64,000 nucleotides of DNA from Amphiscolops sp. MND2022 (taxonomy: Eukaryota). The first letter of the stretch is position 1, and each line of letters starts with the position of its first letter. Below the pieces are notes generated by a model, which saw only the letters and a list, made by a program, of their open reading frames with translations, was not told the DNA's origin and made no database searches. Position numbers and translations under genes: made by a program. Shown in pieces: positions 11,874 to 25,619 of this stretch. Location: positions 75,456,001 to 75,520,000 of the forward strand of contig OZ076409.1 in assembly GCA_964187785.1 (NCBI GenBank), written 5' to 3'.

Positions 11874-13843
11874 GTGCGGGGGGGAAACCCCATCCCTTAT
11901 CTTGGAGGATTCGGGTAGGGTCCTGAATCCGATCTTAGTTCGCCCAGCTCTCAGTAGAAATCTGGGAAATTTTTTGCGATCTCGTGATCTAACCATAGGA
12001 TTTTAAAGTTGGAGCGGCCCCCACCAGATTTTCCAAAGTTATTCGCCCCCCACCGGGTTCCAGCGTGATTGAAATATTTTGACGGGGTACACGGGCGACC
12101 GTTAGGGGTCATTTTGGGGGTAAAATTTATATCCGGTCGCATAACTTTTTTCCTGTTGGATTAAAACTTTGGGACCCTACTAAAAGTTTCTTGACCGTGT
12201 TGCGGGGGCTCCGGAGGTCCAAACCAAATTTTTCTATCTTGAAGCTATCTCCAAGTACCCCCCCGCCCAAAACGTTATTTTTCCGGAAACGCAGGTTTTT
12301 GACCCGGAAGGAGTCGTCGGAGCGCGGGGTCGTTAGGTGATGTATTGGGGACGGCCTTAAGACGAAGTGGGGGACATGCAGTTTGCCAACCCCAGTTTAC
12401 CCCCCGGACGGGAAATGACCGTTATATGAGCGGGAAAAATGCCCCCCTCCACGTTTTACCGCTATTTCCGGTGTGAAGGAGTGGGAGTAGCGCGTCGGGT
12501 GCCATATATCAAAAGTAGGTTTGAACAAGGAACTATCGGAAACATGTGGTTTGGGACCCCCTGGACCAACCCGTTAGCGGGAAATGGGGCTTCCGCCTCC
12601 TTTTTTTACTGCTAAAACAGTAAAATGGGCATTGAGGGGTAAATATCTCGTGAACGCGTGGAGCAATCGTGTCCATCACTACTACAAGGTTTCATACCCA
12701 TGATATGGTGCCTTCAGGGGGGCAAACAGATTTCCGCTATCTATCACCGTTACCGACTTGGCCCCCCAGCCTAACCGCTATGTGACCGGAAATGTCACTT
12801 TTTGAGCCCAAAGGGTCGGTCCCAGCCGGGGAACGTTAGGTAAATTATTGTAGTACTCAATGAGACGAGTTGGGGGATATAGTTTCAGTCACCCCCCGTT
12901 ACCCCTTGGGACCGGAAATGACCGTTATGTGGGTAAAATTGCAATTTTTATACTTTTTCAAGTGTATTTAGGTGCGGAAGGAGTGGTAATAGGTGCTTGG
13001 ACACTATATGAGGCAAGGGAGGACGTGAGGCGAGCATTCGGAAATAACCGTTATGTTGACCCTAAAGTCCCCCTGGTACCGTAAACGACCGGAAATGGTC
13101 AAATTTTGTGTCTATTGGGTACAAATGTTTAGTATTTTGTAGATAAAAGTATCTATTAGGTGTTTCGACGGTCTGCAGTAGTGAACATAGTCATGAAACC
13201 TTGTGGGGGGTAACGGTATATAGCACCGGAAGTCCAAACCGTTGGTGACAGGATAGGTTTTTTGGTTTTAAAATGTCTTTCGGCGTACCTTTGTCGACTA
13301 TTAAGGACTATTTTTAAAAATTAAAGATTTTCCATATAGTTTCAGAGACCTCGAAACCTCAACCAACATAACCGTTACCTCATGATAGCCTTTCAAGTTG
13401 GCCTGGTGTCAACTTGGAAGGGCTATCCTTCAAAAATCGTCAATCAAGTGTGTTTTTGGGTATGTTTGTATCATTTTAGAATCAATTAGAGCTTCAAGAA
13501 AAGTTTCCCAACAACAAAAACTATGTCGTGAAGATTCCGTTACTAGAATTATAGTTAGCAAATTGTTGAGAAAATTTTTTTTTCCAAATTAAATGTGTCC
13601 TAAATGCCAGGAAACCTATTTTACTAACAAATGGTATTGATTGGAATGTATGTAACAGATTTATAAAAGTTCAAATTGATTATTAGGTTTCATTATGGAA
13701 GCTGAAACGTAATATTTTAGTTTAATTAACGTCAACGCCACACACTTTACATCAACGCCCACCGTCTGTGGGCATGCCGAGGCATGCCCTTCGACGACGT
13801 ATACCAAATACATACCTAACGACGCCCGTACATGCCGGGCTAG
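11874..13843 (+). mobile_element. Cassette type B (1970 bp)
   Basis: Starts GTGCGGGGGG, GATAGCC palindrome, ends GCCGGGCTAG. Confidence 0.75.
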
Positions 13844-15815
13844 GTGCGGGGGGGAAACCCCATCCCTTATCTTGGAGGATTCGGGTAGGGTCCTGAATCC
13901 GAGTTCAGTGCCGCCAGCTCTCAGTAGAAATCTGGGAAATTTTTTGCGATCTCGTGATCTAACCATAGGATTTTAAAGTTGGAGCGGCCCCCACCAGATT
14001 TTCCAAAGTTATTCGCCCCCCACCGGGTTCCAGCGTGATTAAAATATTTTGTCGGGGTACACGGGCGACCGTTAGGGGTCATTTTAGGGGTAAAATTTAT
14101 ATCCGGTCGCATAACTTTTTTCCTGTTGGTTTAAAACTTTGGGACCCTGCTAAAAGTTTCTTGACCGAGTTGCGGTGGCTCCGGAGGTCCAAACCAAATT
14201 TTTCTATCTTGAAGCTATCTCCAAGTACCCCCCCGCCCAAACCGTTATTTTTCCGGAAACGCCGGTTTTTGACCCGGAAGGAGTCGTCTGAGCGCGGGGT
14301 CGTTAGGTGTTGTTTTGGGGACGGCCTCGAGACGAAGCGGGGGATATATAGTTTGCCGACCCCAGTTTACCCCCCGCACGGGAAATGACCGTTATATGAG
14401 CGGGAAAAATGCCCCCCTCCACGTTTTACCGCTATTTCCGGTGTGAAGGAGTGGGAGTAGCGCGTCGGGTGTTATATAACAAAAGTAGGTTTAGACAAGG
14501 ACCTATCGGAAACATGTAGTTTGGGACCCCCTGGACCAACCCGTTAGCGGGAAATGGGGCTTCCGCCTCCTTTTTTTACTGCTAAAACCGTAAAATGGGC
14601 ATTGAGGGGTAAATATCTCGTGAACGCGTGGAGCAATCGTGTCCATCACTACTACAAGGTTTCATACCCATGATATGGTGCCTTCAGGGGGGCAAACAGA
14701 TTTCCGCTATCTATCACCGTTACCGACTTGGCCCCCCAGCCTAACCGCTATGTGACCGGAATTGTCACTTTTTGAGCCCAAAGGGTCGGTCCCAGCCGGG
14801 GAACGTTAGGTAACTTATTGTAGTACTCAATGAGACGAGTTGGGGGATATAGTTTCAGTCACCCCCCGTTACCCCTTGGGACCGGAAATGACCGTTATGT
14901 GGGTAAAATTGCAATTTTTATACTTTTTCAAGTGTATTTAGGTGCGGAAGGAGTGGTAATAGGTGCTTGGACACTATATGAGGTAAGGGAGGACGTGAGG
15001 CGAGCATTCGGAAATAACCGTTATGTTGACCCTAAAGTCCCCCTGGTACCGTAAACGACCGGAAATGGTCAAATTTTGTGTCTATTGGGTACAAATGTTT
15101 AGTATTTTGTAGATAAAAGTATCTATTAGGTGTTTCGACGGTCTGCAATAGTGAACATAGTCATGAAACCTTGTGGGGGGTAACGGGGTATATAGCACCG
15201 GAAGTCCAAACCGTTGGACACAGGATAGGTTTTTGGTTTGAAAATGTCTTTCGGCGTACTTTTGTCGACTATTATGGACTATTATTAAAAATTAAAGTTT
15301 TTCCATATAGTTTCAGAGACTCCGAAACCTCAACCAACATAACCGTTACATTTTGATAGCCTTTCAAGTTGGCCTGGTGTCAACTTGGAAGCGCTATCCT
15401 TCTGAAATCGTTAATCAAGAGTGTTTTTGGGTAGGTATATATTGCATTAGTACCAATTAGAGCTTCATCAACAGTGTATCAACGACAAAAACTATGCCGT
15501 CATGATTCCGTTATCAGAATCATAGTGAGCAAATTGTTGAAAAAAATGGTTTTCTCCATACAAAATGTGTCCGAAATGCCAGGAAACCTATTTACCTAAC
15601 AAATGGTATTAATTGGAATGTATGTAACAGATTTATAAAAGTTCAAATTGAATATTACATTTCATTATGGAAGCTGAAACGTCATATTTTAGTTTAATTA
15701 ACGTCAACGCCACACACTTTACATCAACGCCCACCGTCTGTGGGCATGCCGAGGCATGCCCTTCGACGACGTATACCAAATACATACCTAACGACGCCCG
15801 TACATCCCGGGCTAG
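13844..15815 (+). mobile_element. Cassette type B (1972 bp)
   Basis: Starts GTGCGGGGGG, ends CCCGGGCTAG; its 3' part matches the partial unit at 1-949. Confidence 0.75.
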
Positions 15816-17196
15816 GTGGCGGGGGTGCCTCATGCCCCTCAAAAAATCACGAGCGCGGGTAGGGTCCTGCGCGAGTTCAAGAAGTGAAACATCGATATTT
15901 CGAAGCAACACTTTTGGAAGCTATCTTTTTATTGAACCATACGATTTGAACCATTTTTTGCATGTGGCTTTGGAATCAGGTTATAAGAACTTTTTCCTGC
16001 TGACAGTTTAACCGGAAATCATTTGGTGTTGACTTTTGGCCAAAAAACCGGTTATAACGTCGAAAATCAACGTTATATCCGAATTGTCGTCGTAACTTTT
16101 TTCCAGGGCGTCCTAGCGATTTTTGTTGCTCCTACATTGCGTTGCAGCATGTGAAAATACATCTGCTGTGAAATTTTGGTTGCAATCGGATCACCCCCCT
16201 CCGAGATTGAGGGGTACCCCCCTCCAATTTTACCCCCAAAATTTAGGAAAATGCCAATTTTGAGCATGAAGCTGTGGATTGAGCGTGTCCGCACCCTGCT
16301 GAAGGATTGTCGGGCGCATTAAGGTGAATCCGATGACATTTGTAGTTATCACGCCCAACCCCCCCTGGGACCGGAAATGACCCTTTTTTGTGTATTTTGA
16401 CAGGAAGTTGTGATTTTCAGTCGTAAGACGTTGTTTTATGTACGCTTTACAGGGTATCAAAGTTGAAACACAGCATGAGAACAACTTAGTGACCACATTG
16501 TGGCCAGTCGGGGGTAACGTAATTACCGGAAATAGGGTCGAAACCCCCCAAAATTGATGATTTTTGTCCATTATGACTCGTTTATTGATCACGTATAGGT
16601 CCGATAGGTCTCATTAACTATTGTCAAGATGAACAGCTGATCAATTAACGAAGTCTTAACGACGCTTTCAGAAACCGGAAGTTACCCCCTCGACCGGAAG
16701 TGGTCCAATTTGACCGGAAATGGTGCGAAAAATAGATCAAAAACGTCTTTTTTGTTTAATTTCTGTATACTTCGACAGATATTTTTGAAATTTTGAAGGT
16801 TGTGGTTGAAAGAAGGATTAAAAGACTGAATCGCTGCAGAATGATGATCACCTTTGTCACCCCCCGATAGCCTTCCAAGTTGACTTTGGGTCAAGCTTGA
16901 AGGCTATCTGTTATGAAAACAAAAAACAAAGCAGAACCCCCTGTCCCCGTGGTTGTTAAATTCTGCTTAGATCAGTTCAATGCAGAGAGTACTTTGGTTA
17001 AGGTAAACAAATAGCGTTACTTTTACGTTTCTTATAGTTGTTCACCCCCACCCGCCAAAATTTCATGCATCTCCCCCCTCAGTACAACGCCACATAGCGT
17101 TTCGACGCCCACGGTCTGTGGGCATACCGAGGCATGCCCTTCGACGACATATGCCAAATGAGCCTTTCCCGCACTCTGGAGTGCGGTAGCAGCTAG
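15816..17196 (+). mobile_element. Cassette type C, single copy (1381 bp)
   Basis: Starts GTGGCGGGGG, GATAGCC palindrome 16866-16908, perfect tail hairpin CCGCACTC-TG-GAGTGCGG 17169-17186, ends AGCAGCTAG; body related to type D. Confidence 0.75.
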
Positions 17197-19190
17197 GTGC
17201 GGGGGGGAAACCCCAACTTTTTTCTTGGAGGAATCGGGTAGGGTCCTGATTCCGAGTTGAGTGCCGCCAGCTATCGTTAAAAACCTATACCTTTTAAACC
17301 CGATCTCGGGAACTAACCATGCCCCTTCTTTAATTTTTTGGCCCCCACTCACTTTTTGAGAGTAGATCGCCCCCCACTGGGTTCCAAGTTGGGCAAAAAT
17401 GGAGGTCATGGGTAACGGGGACCGTTAAGAGGTAACTCAGGGGGTAAAATTTATTTTTTGCGTCATATCTTTTCCCCCCGTGGACTTAGCGCTTCCGGTC
17501 AGCAGACAAAACCTCATGTACGTAATAAGGGGCCTCCAAAGGTCCAAACAAAATTTTTCTATCATGCACCGTTACGGACTTGCCCCCCCGGCCCAACCGT
17601 TATTTTACCGGAAATTGCACTTTTTGACCGGGAAGGAGTCGTCTGAGCGCGGGGTCGTTTGGTAATGTTTTGTAGAGCTTCTGGAGACGTGTTGGGGGAC
17701 ATGTAGTTTGCCGACCCCAGTTTACCCCTCGGACGGGAAATGACCGTTATGTGAGTTTTAAAATTGCCCCCTTCAATTTTCCCCGTTATTTCCGGTGTGA
17801 AGGAGTGGGAGTAGGGTGTCGGGTGCCATATATCAAAAGTAGGTTTAGACAAGGACCAACCGGAAACTTGTGGTTTGGGACCCCCTGACCCAACCCGTTA
17901 GCCGTTATTAGGGTGATTGCCTCCTTTTTTTGCTGTCAAAACCGGAAAACGGGCATTGAGGGGTAAATATCTCGTGAACGCGTGGAGCAATCGTGTCCAT
18001 CACTACTACAAGGTTTCATACCCATGATATGGTGCCTTCAGGGGGGCAAACAGACTACCGCTATCTATCACCGTTACGGACTTGGCCCCCCAGCCCAACC
18101 GCTATGTGACCGGAAATTGCACTTTTTGAGCCCAAAGGGTCGGTCCCAGCCTGGGAACGTTAGGTAACTTATTGTAGTACTCATTGAGACGAGTTGGGGG
18201 ATATAGTTTCAGTCACCCCCCGTTACCCCTTGAGACCGGAAATGACCGTTATGTGAGTAGAATTGCAATTTTTGTCCTATTTGGAGGGCATTTAGGTGCG
18301 GAAGGAATGGTAATAGGTGCTTGGACACTATATGATGTAATGGAGGTCGTGAGGAGAGCATTCGGAAATAACCGTTATGTTGACCCCAAAGTCCCCCTGG
18401 TACCGTTAACGACCGGAGATGGCCAAATTTTGTGTTTGTAGGGTACAAATGTTTGGTATTTTATGGATAAAAGTACCTGGAAGGTGTTTTAAAGGCCTCC
18501 AGAAGTGAACATAGTCATGAAACCTTGTGGGGGGTAACGGTATTTAGCACCGGAAGTCCAAACCGTTGGTCACAGAATAGGTTTTTTGGTTTCAAAATGT
18601 CTTTAGGCGTAGTTTTGTGGGTTGAATCGTCATAATATCAACTAATACGGACTTTTTTGGGAAATAAAATTTTTCCACATTAGTTTCAGGGACCTCCAAT
18701 GCTTCAGTCAACATAACCGTAACATTTTGATAGCCTTTCAAGTTGACCTGGTGTCAACTTGGAAGGGCTATCCTTCTGAAATCGTTAATCAAGAGTGTTT
18801 TTGGGTAGGTATATGTTGCATTAGTACCAATTAGAGCTTCATCAACAGTTTGCCAACGGCAAAAACAATGTCGTGATAATTCCGTTATAAGAATAATAGT
18901 TAACAAATTGTTTACGAAGTTGATTTTTTCCATTAAAAATGTGTCCTAATGCCACCAAATTGAATAAAATAATAAATGGTAATGACTAAAACTAAATAAC
19001 ATTTAAAAAGAAGCTCAATATTTTAATAGGTCTCATTATGGAAGCTGTAATCTCACGTTTTAACTTAATTAACGTCAACGCCACATACTTCACATCAACG
19101 CCCACAGTCCGTAGGCATGCCGAGGCATGCCTTTCGACGACGTATACCAAATTCCTTTAACACAACACCCCCGAGCGCGGTAGCCGCTAG
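17197..19190 (+). mobile_element. Cassette type B, divergent (1994 bp)
   Basis: Starts GTGCGGGGGG; end hairpin variant AGGCATGCC-GA-GGCATGCCT; ends GGTAGCCGCTAG. Confidence 0.75.
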
Positions 19191-20476
19191 GTGCCGGGAT
19201 TTCTATTCGATAAAGTATGTGGCGCGCCTTGGGTAGGGTCCCTTGCGCGCTCTTGGGTATGGTGTTCACCAGCTAGGAAATAGGGGTCGATTTTTCGGGA
19301 TCTCCTAAACTAGCCACACGATTTGGCTGAAATTTGGCACACGTACTCCCCTCGGCACGGTGAAGATGATTTCCTACTGACGTTTTTCCCGCAAAATTTT
19401 TTTTGTTGTCCAAAATAACGGTTTTTGGGGTAAAATTTTGAATTTTTTTTAAATTTTATCTTATATCTCGCCACGGGTTTACGCTAGCGCTTCAACACCC
19501 TGCTAAAGAAAACTTGCAAACTGTCTCAGGAACGCGGTGTGAAATTTTCAGCTCAATCGGACTTAAACTCAGGGAGATATAGCGTTTTTCCGGAGCGGGG
19601 GGGTTTCATTTTTCTAACGGTCCAGCTTATCTTTGCCATTTTTTTCGAAAATGCACTCGCCTAAAGGCCTCCCCTGGCCGGTTTTATTCCCAGCAAAACC
19701 ATTTGGCCCTAAATACGGAGTTTCAGCGTTCCAGCATTCCCGGGCGAAAAGTTGTGGGACTTAGAAAATTTCAAAATTTTTCAAAATTTTTTTTTTCCGT
19801 TTTCCGCCCTCCCCCCCTAGGGGAAAAGACCCCCAACCAGTAATTTGAGTGAATTCATGTGGAAAGGCCATGTTTAGAGGAGAAAAATACCGTTTAGATC
19901 GTCTTTTTATTTTAACCTGTCGTTGACTTATGACGTTTTGAAGGTGATGTTTGGAGGTGTGAAGCACGTGAAAAGTAAACGTTATGAGTATTTATCTGAT
20001 CTGAAAGCCATTGAGATGCAACCTGTTTTGCTCAAAACGTAATTCATATCCGTTTGGTAGTCAATCAACACCCTTTGTTGTCATTTGACATCTTTTTTTG
20101 TTGATATAAGAAAAATTTTGTGTATTTATTCATTTTTTTCTCATCAAATTACTTGAAACAGTTGAGTACATTCCATCCCCCCTTCTCGGGGGAGATGAGA
20201 ATGTACTCGCAAAAAGCCCCGAACTACGGCCCTTACCTTCCTGAGCTACGCAGTATAAAGATTGCATATTGGTTCCGACATTTTGATAGAGTTATATCTG
20301 GGTAATCTGTCTGGGTATGCAGAAAAACCAGCACGTGCTTTTTTATACCAAGTTGCTCACAACGACATTTATTTTATATCAACGCCCCCATATTTATCAA
20401 CGCCCCCGTCCGTGGGCATGCCGAGGCATGCCCTTCGACGACGTATACCAAGATATGTTCGAGCGCGTTAGCCTAG
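19191..20476 (+). mobile_element. Cassette type A1 (1286 bp)
   Basis: Starts GTGCCGGGATT, ends GTTAGCCTAG. Confidence 0.75.
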
Positions 20477-21745
20477 GTGGCCGTGTCTTTTCGACGTGCT
20501 TTTGCATTGAGGAGTGGGTAGGGCCCCGCGACGACCTAGAAGAATTGGATGCTCACCGAAACGTGCAGAATTCTACGAGATCTCATAGTTTGAGCCATAC
20601 GATTTTGCTGAAATTTGGCATGTGGCCTGGAATTGGTGAGTAGGTAAAACGTGTAGGAGGTGATTTTTCCCAAATTCCACTGTGAGACGAGATATGGGCA
20701 AATAACGGTCGCAAAAATGGCAAAAATGCACTTTTTTCAACTTTGTCAGCCCATATCTCGTTCCCAGGTGCCCGGAGCGGGACGCGTTAAGCTGATTATA
20801 AACTCTAGGGTGTTGAGGCTGTACGGGGAAGTCAGGCCCGTTCCGATCGGACTTGTAGTCTTGGAGAAATAACGGTATTTTTGGGGAACCTTTTCTAACG
20901 GTCCAGCTTATCTTTGCCATTTTTTCGAAAATGTACTCGCCTAAAGGCCTCCCCCTGGCCGAATTTACTCCCAGCAAAACCATTTGGCCCTAAATACGGA
21001 GTTTCAGCGTTCCAGCATTCCCGGGCGAAAAGTTGTGGGACTTGGAGAATTTTCAAAAATTTTCAAAAATTTTTTTTTTCGTTTTCCGGGCCCCCAATGA
21101 AGGGGAAACGACCCCCCAACCAGTATTTTGAGTGAATTCATGTGGAAAGCCCTTGTTTTGACGAGAAATGTACCGTTTAGAACATCTTTTTATCTTGACT
21201 CAACGTTGACTTATGACGTTTTGAATGTGATGTAAGGATGTAGGAGGCATGTGATAAGTTGATGTTTTGAGTCTTTATCTCATATGAAAGCGGTTGAGAT
21301 GCAAGCTGTCCTGCTCAAAACGTCTTTCGTTGTAATTTTCCAGTGCACCAATACCCTTTGGTGTCATATAAACATACTTTTCGTCGATATATTAACAATT
21401 TTAATGTATTTATTCCAATTTTTATTATCTTTTAACTCAAAACAGTTGAGTACATTTCATCTCCCTTTCGGGGGAGATGAGAATGTACTCGCTAAAGACC
21501 TAGCGCCATGACCAAAAGTTTGAAACCCACGTTTTTTATCTTCTTACAGACTTGTTTTTGTATTTTTTCGGAATTTTTTAAAAATTAATATACTTGAAAT
21601 ACATTACTTGACTTTACTACTACAATCCACCTCCAACGTCAACGCCCCCTTGCTTGCATCAACGCCCACCGTCCGTGGGCATGCCGAGGCATGCCCTTCG
21701 ACGACGTATGCCAAATGCCCAGTGCCACGCAGTCATTATCGCTAG
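20477..21745 (+). mobile_element. Cassette type A2 (1269 bp)
   Basis: Starts GTGGCCGTGTC, ends CATTATCGCTAG. Confidence 0.75.
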
Positions 21746-23030
21746 GTGGCCGTGTCTTTTCGACGTGCTTTTGCATTGAGGAGTGGGTAGGGCCCCGCGA
21801 CGACCTAGAAGAATTGGATGCTCACCGAAACGTGCAGAATTCTACGAGATCTCATAGTTTGAGCCATACGATTTTTCTGAAATTTGGCATGTGGCCTGGA
21901 ATTGGTGAGTAGGTAAAACGTGTAGAAGGTAATTTTTCCCAAATTCCACTGTGAGAGGAGATATGGGCAAATAACGGACCCAAAAATGGCAAAAATGCAC
22001 ATTTTTCAACTTTGTCAGCCAATATCTCTTTTCCAGGTGCCCGTAGCGTTCCGCACGTGGACATCAATATTGCTCAGCGCTGTTGGAGGAGTGCGTGGAC
22101 AAATTTTGGTTTAAATCGGACTTAAACTTGACGAGAAATTAACGGTTTTTTGGGCGTTTCCGGGGTAAATTTTTTAACGGTCCAGCTTATCTTTGCCATT
22201 TTTTCGAAAATGTACATGCCTAAAGGCCTCCCCCTGGCCGAATTTACTCCCAGCAAACCCATTTGGCCCTAAATACGGAGTTTCAGCGTTCCAGCATTCC
22301 GGGGCGGAAAGTTGTGGGACTTGGAAAAATTTCAAAATTTTTTCAAAAATTTTTTTTCCCGTTTTCCGGGCCCCCAATGAAGGGGAACGACCCCCAAACC
22401 AGTATTTTGAGTGAATTCATGTGGAACGCCCATGTTTGGAGGAGAAAAATGCCGTTTAGCACATCTTTTTATCTTAACTTGACATTGACTTATGACGTTT
22501 TGAATGTGATGTTAGGATATATGAAGCATGTTAAAAGTTGAAGTTTTGAGTCTTTATCTCATCGGAAAACCATTGAGATACAAGCAGTTTTGCTAAAAAC
22601 GATTTTCATTGTAGGTTAGCAGAGTATTAGTACACTTTGATGTCATTTGAGTATTTTTTTCTTCTATATAATAACTGTTTTTATGTATTTATTCCAATTT
22701 ATCTCATCTCATTTTAACATCAAGCAGTTGAGTACATTTCATCTCCCTTTCGGGGGAGATGAGAATGTACTCGCTAAAAACCTAATGCTATGGCGCCAAT
22801 GTTTGGATGGGAAGTTTTCTATGCTTTGAAAAAAGTTATTTTTAATTACTTGATTTTTTAAAACAATAATTAACATGAAGTACATTACTTGCTCCTACTA
22901 CTACCACCATACATCTCTAACGTCAACGCCCCCTGCTTGCATCAACGCCCCATCGTCCGTGGGCATGCCGAGGCATGCCCTTCGACGACGTATGCCAAAT
23001 GCCCAGTGCCACGCAGTCTTTCCCCGCTAG
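21746..23030 (+). mobile_element. Cassette type A2 variant (1285 bp)
   Basis: A2 head, divergent interior, ends TTTCCCCGCTAG; close to 42733-44013. Confidence 0.75.
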
Positions 23031-24328
23031 GTGCCGGGATTTCTATTCGATAAAGTATGTGGCGCGTGTGGGTAGGGTCCCTGGCGCGCTCTTGGGTATG
23101 GTGTTCACCAGCTAGGAAATAGGGGTCGATTTTTCGGGATCTCCTAAACTAGCCACACGATTTGGCTGAAATTTGGCACACGTACCCCCCTCGGCACGGT
23201 GAAGATGATTTCCTACTGACGTTTTTCCCGCAAAATTTTTTTTGTTGTCCAAAATAACGGTTTTTGGGGTAAAATTTTGAATTTTTTTTAAATTTTATCT
23301 TATATCTCGCCACCGGTTTACGCTAGCGCTTCAAAACCCTGCTAAAGAAAGCTTGCAAACTGTCTCAGAAATGCGGTGTGAAATTTTCAGCTCAATCGGA
23401 CTTAAACTCGGGGAGATATAGCGTTTTTCCGGAGCGGGGGGGTTTCATTTTTCTAACGGTCCAGCTTATCTTTGCCATTTTTTCGAAAATGCACTCGCCT
23501 AAAGGCCTCCCCTGGCCGGTTTTATTCCCAGCAAAACCATTTGGCCCTAAATACGGAGTTTCAGCGTTCCAGCATTCCCGGGCGAAAAGTTGCGGGACTT
23601 AGAAAAGTTCAAAAATTTTCAAAAAATTTTTTTTCCGTTTTCCGCCCTCCCCCCCTAGGGGAAAAGACCCCCCAACCAGTAATTTGAGTGAATTCATGTG
23701 GAAAGGCCATGTTTAGAGGAGAAAAATGCCGTTTAGAACGTCTTTTTATCTTGGCTCAACGTTGACTTATGACGTTTTGAAGGTGATGTTTGGAGGTGTA
23801 AAGCACGTGAATAGTAAACGTTATGAGTATTTATCTGATCTGAAAGCCATTGAGATGAATATGGTTCGCTCAAAACGTAATTCATGGCAGTTTGGCAATC
23901 AATCAACACCCTTTGTTGTCGTTTGACATACTTTTTTGTTGTTATAATAAAAAATTTTGTGTATTTGATTGTAAAATTTGATTTTTTTTCTCATCAAATA
24001 ACTTGAAACAGTTGAGTACATTCCATCCCCCCCTTCACGGGGGAGATGAGAATGTACTCGCAAAAAGCCCCAAACTACGGCCCTTACCTTCCTTAGCTAC
24101 GCAGTATAAAGATTGCATATTGGTTCCGACATTTTGATAGAGTTATATCTTGGTAATCTGTCTGGGTATGCAGAAAAACCAGCACGTGCTTATTTATACC
24201 AAGTTGCTCACAACGACATTTATTTTATATCAACGCCCCCATATTTATCAACGCCCCCCGTCCGTGGGCATGCCGAGGCATGCCCTTCGACGACGTATAC
24301 CAAGATATGTTCGAGCGCGTTAGCCTAG
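23031..24328 (+). mobile_element. Cassette type A1 (1298 bp)
   Basis: Starts GTGCCGGGATT, small AT-rich insertion near 23970, ends GTTAGCCTAG. Confidence 0.75.
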
Positions 24329-25619
24329 GTGCCGGGATTTCTATTCGATAAGGTATGTGGCGCGTGTGGGTAGGGTCCCTGGCGCGCTCTTGGGTATGGT
24401 GTTCACCAGCTAGGAAACAGGGGTCGATTTTTCGGGATCTCCTAAACTAGCCACACGATTTGGCTGAAATTTGGCACACGTACTCCCCTCGGCACGGTGA
24501 AGATGATTTCCTACTGACGTTTTTCCCGCAAAATTTTTTTTGTTGTCCAAAATAACGGTTTTTGGGGTAAAATTTTGAATTTTTTTTAAATTTTATCCTA
24601 TATCTCGCCACGGGTTTACGCTAGCGCTTCAAAACCCTGCTAAAGAAAGCTTGCAAACTGTCTCAGGAATGCGGTGTGAAATTTTCAGCTCAATCGGACT
24701 TAAACTCGGGGAGATATAGCGTTTTTCCGGAGCGGGGGGGTTTCATTTTTCTAACGGTCCAGCTTATCTTTGCCATTTTTTCGAAAATGCACTCGCCTAA
24801 AGGCCTCCCCTGGCCGGTTTTATTCCCAGCAAAACCATTTGGCCCTAAATACGGAGTTTCAGCGTTCCAGCCTTCCGGGGCGAAAAGTTGTGGGACTTAG
24901 AAAAATTTCAAAAATTTTCGAAATTTTTTTTCCGTTTTCCGGCCCCTCCCCCGAGGGGAAAAGACCCCCCAACCAGTAATTTGAGTGAATTTATGTGGAA
25001 AGGCCATGTTTAGAGGAGAAAATACCGTTTAGATCGTCTTTTTATTTTAACCTGTCGTTCACTTATGAAGCTTTAAAGGTGATGTTTGGACGTGTGAAGC
25101 ATGTAAAAAAAGGAATTTTTTTGATTTTATTTCATCAGAAAGTCATTGAATCACACGCTGTGAAGCCCAGAGCGTGGTTTCTAATAGTTTGGTATCGTTT
25201 AAACGCATTTTGGTGTCTTTTTACTCTGTTTGAAAAACTTTTCTCCTGAAAATTAATAAATTTTGATTACTTTTCTTACTTTCCATTATTTTTTTTTCTT
25301 ATATTTTTACTTGAAACAGTTGAGTACATTCCATCTCCCTTCCCGGGGGAGATGAGAATGTACTCGCAAAAAGCCGCGAACTACGGCCCATACCTTCCCG
25401 AGATAAGCAGTATAAAGATAACATAATGGTCCAGACATTTTAATGGAGTTGTATCTTGGTAATATGTCTGGATTTGCAGAAAAATCAGCACGTGCCATTT
25501 TATACCAAGTTGCTCGCAACGACAATTAATTTAAATCAACGCCCCCCGTCCGTGGGCATGCCGAGGCATGCCCTTCGACGACGTGCACCAAAATATGCCC
25601 CGAGCGCGTTAGCAGCTAG
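24329..25619 (+). mobile_element. Cassette type A1 variant (1291 bp)
   Basis: A1 head, divergent 3' half, single TCAACGCC, ends TTAGCAGCTAG. Confidence 0.75.

Noticed and set aside
23960..23990. Small insertion making one A1 unit 1298 bp
   Set aside because: Looks like a local slippage duplication (TTTGATT...TTTGATT) seen in one copy only.
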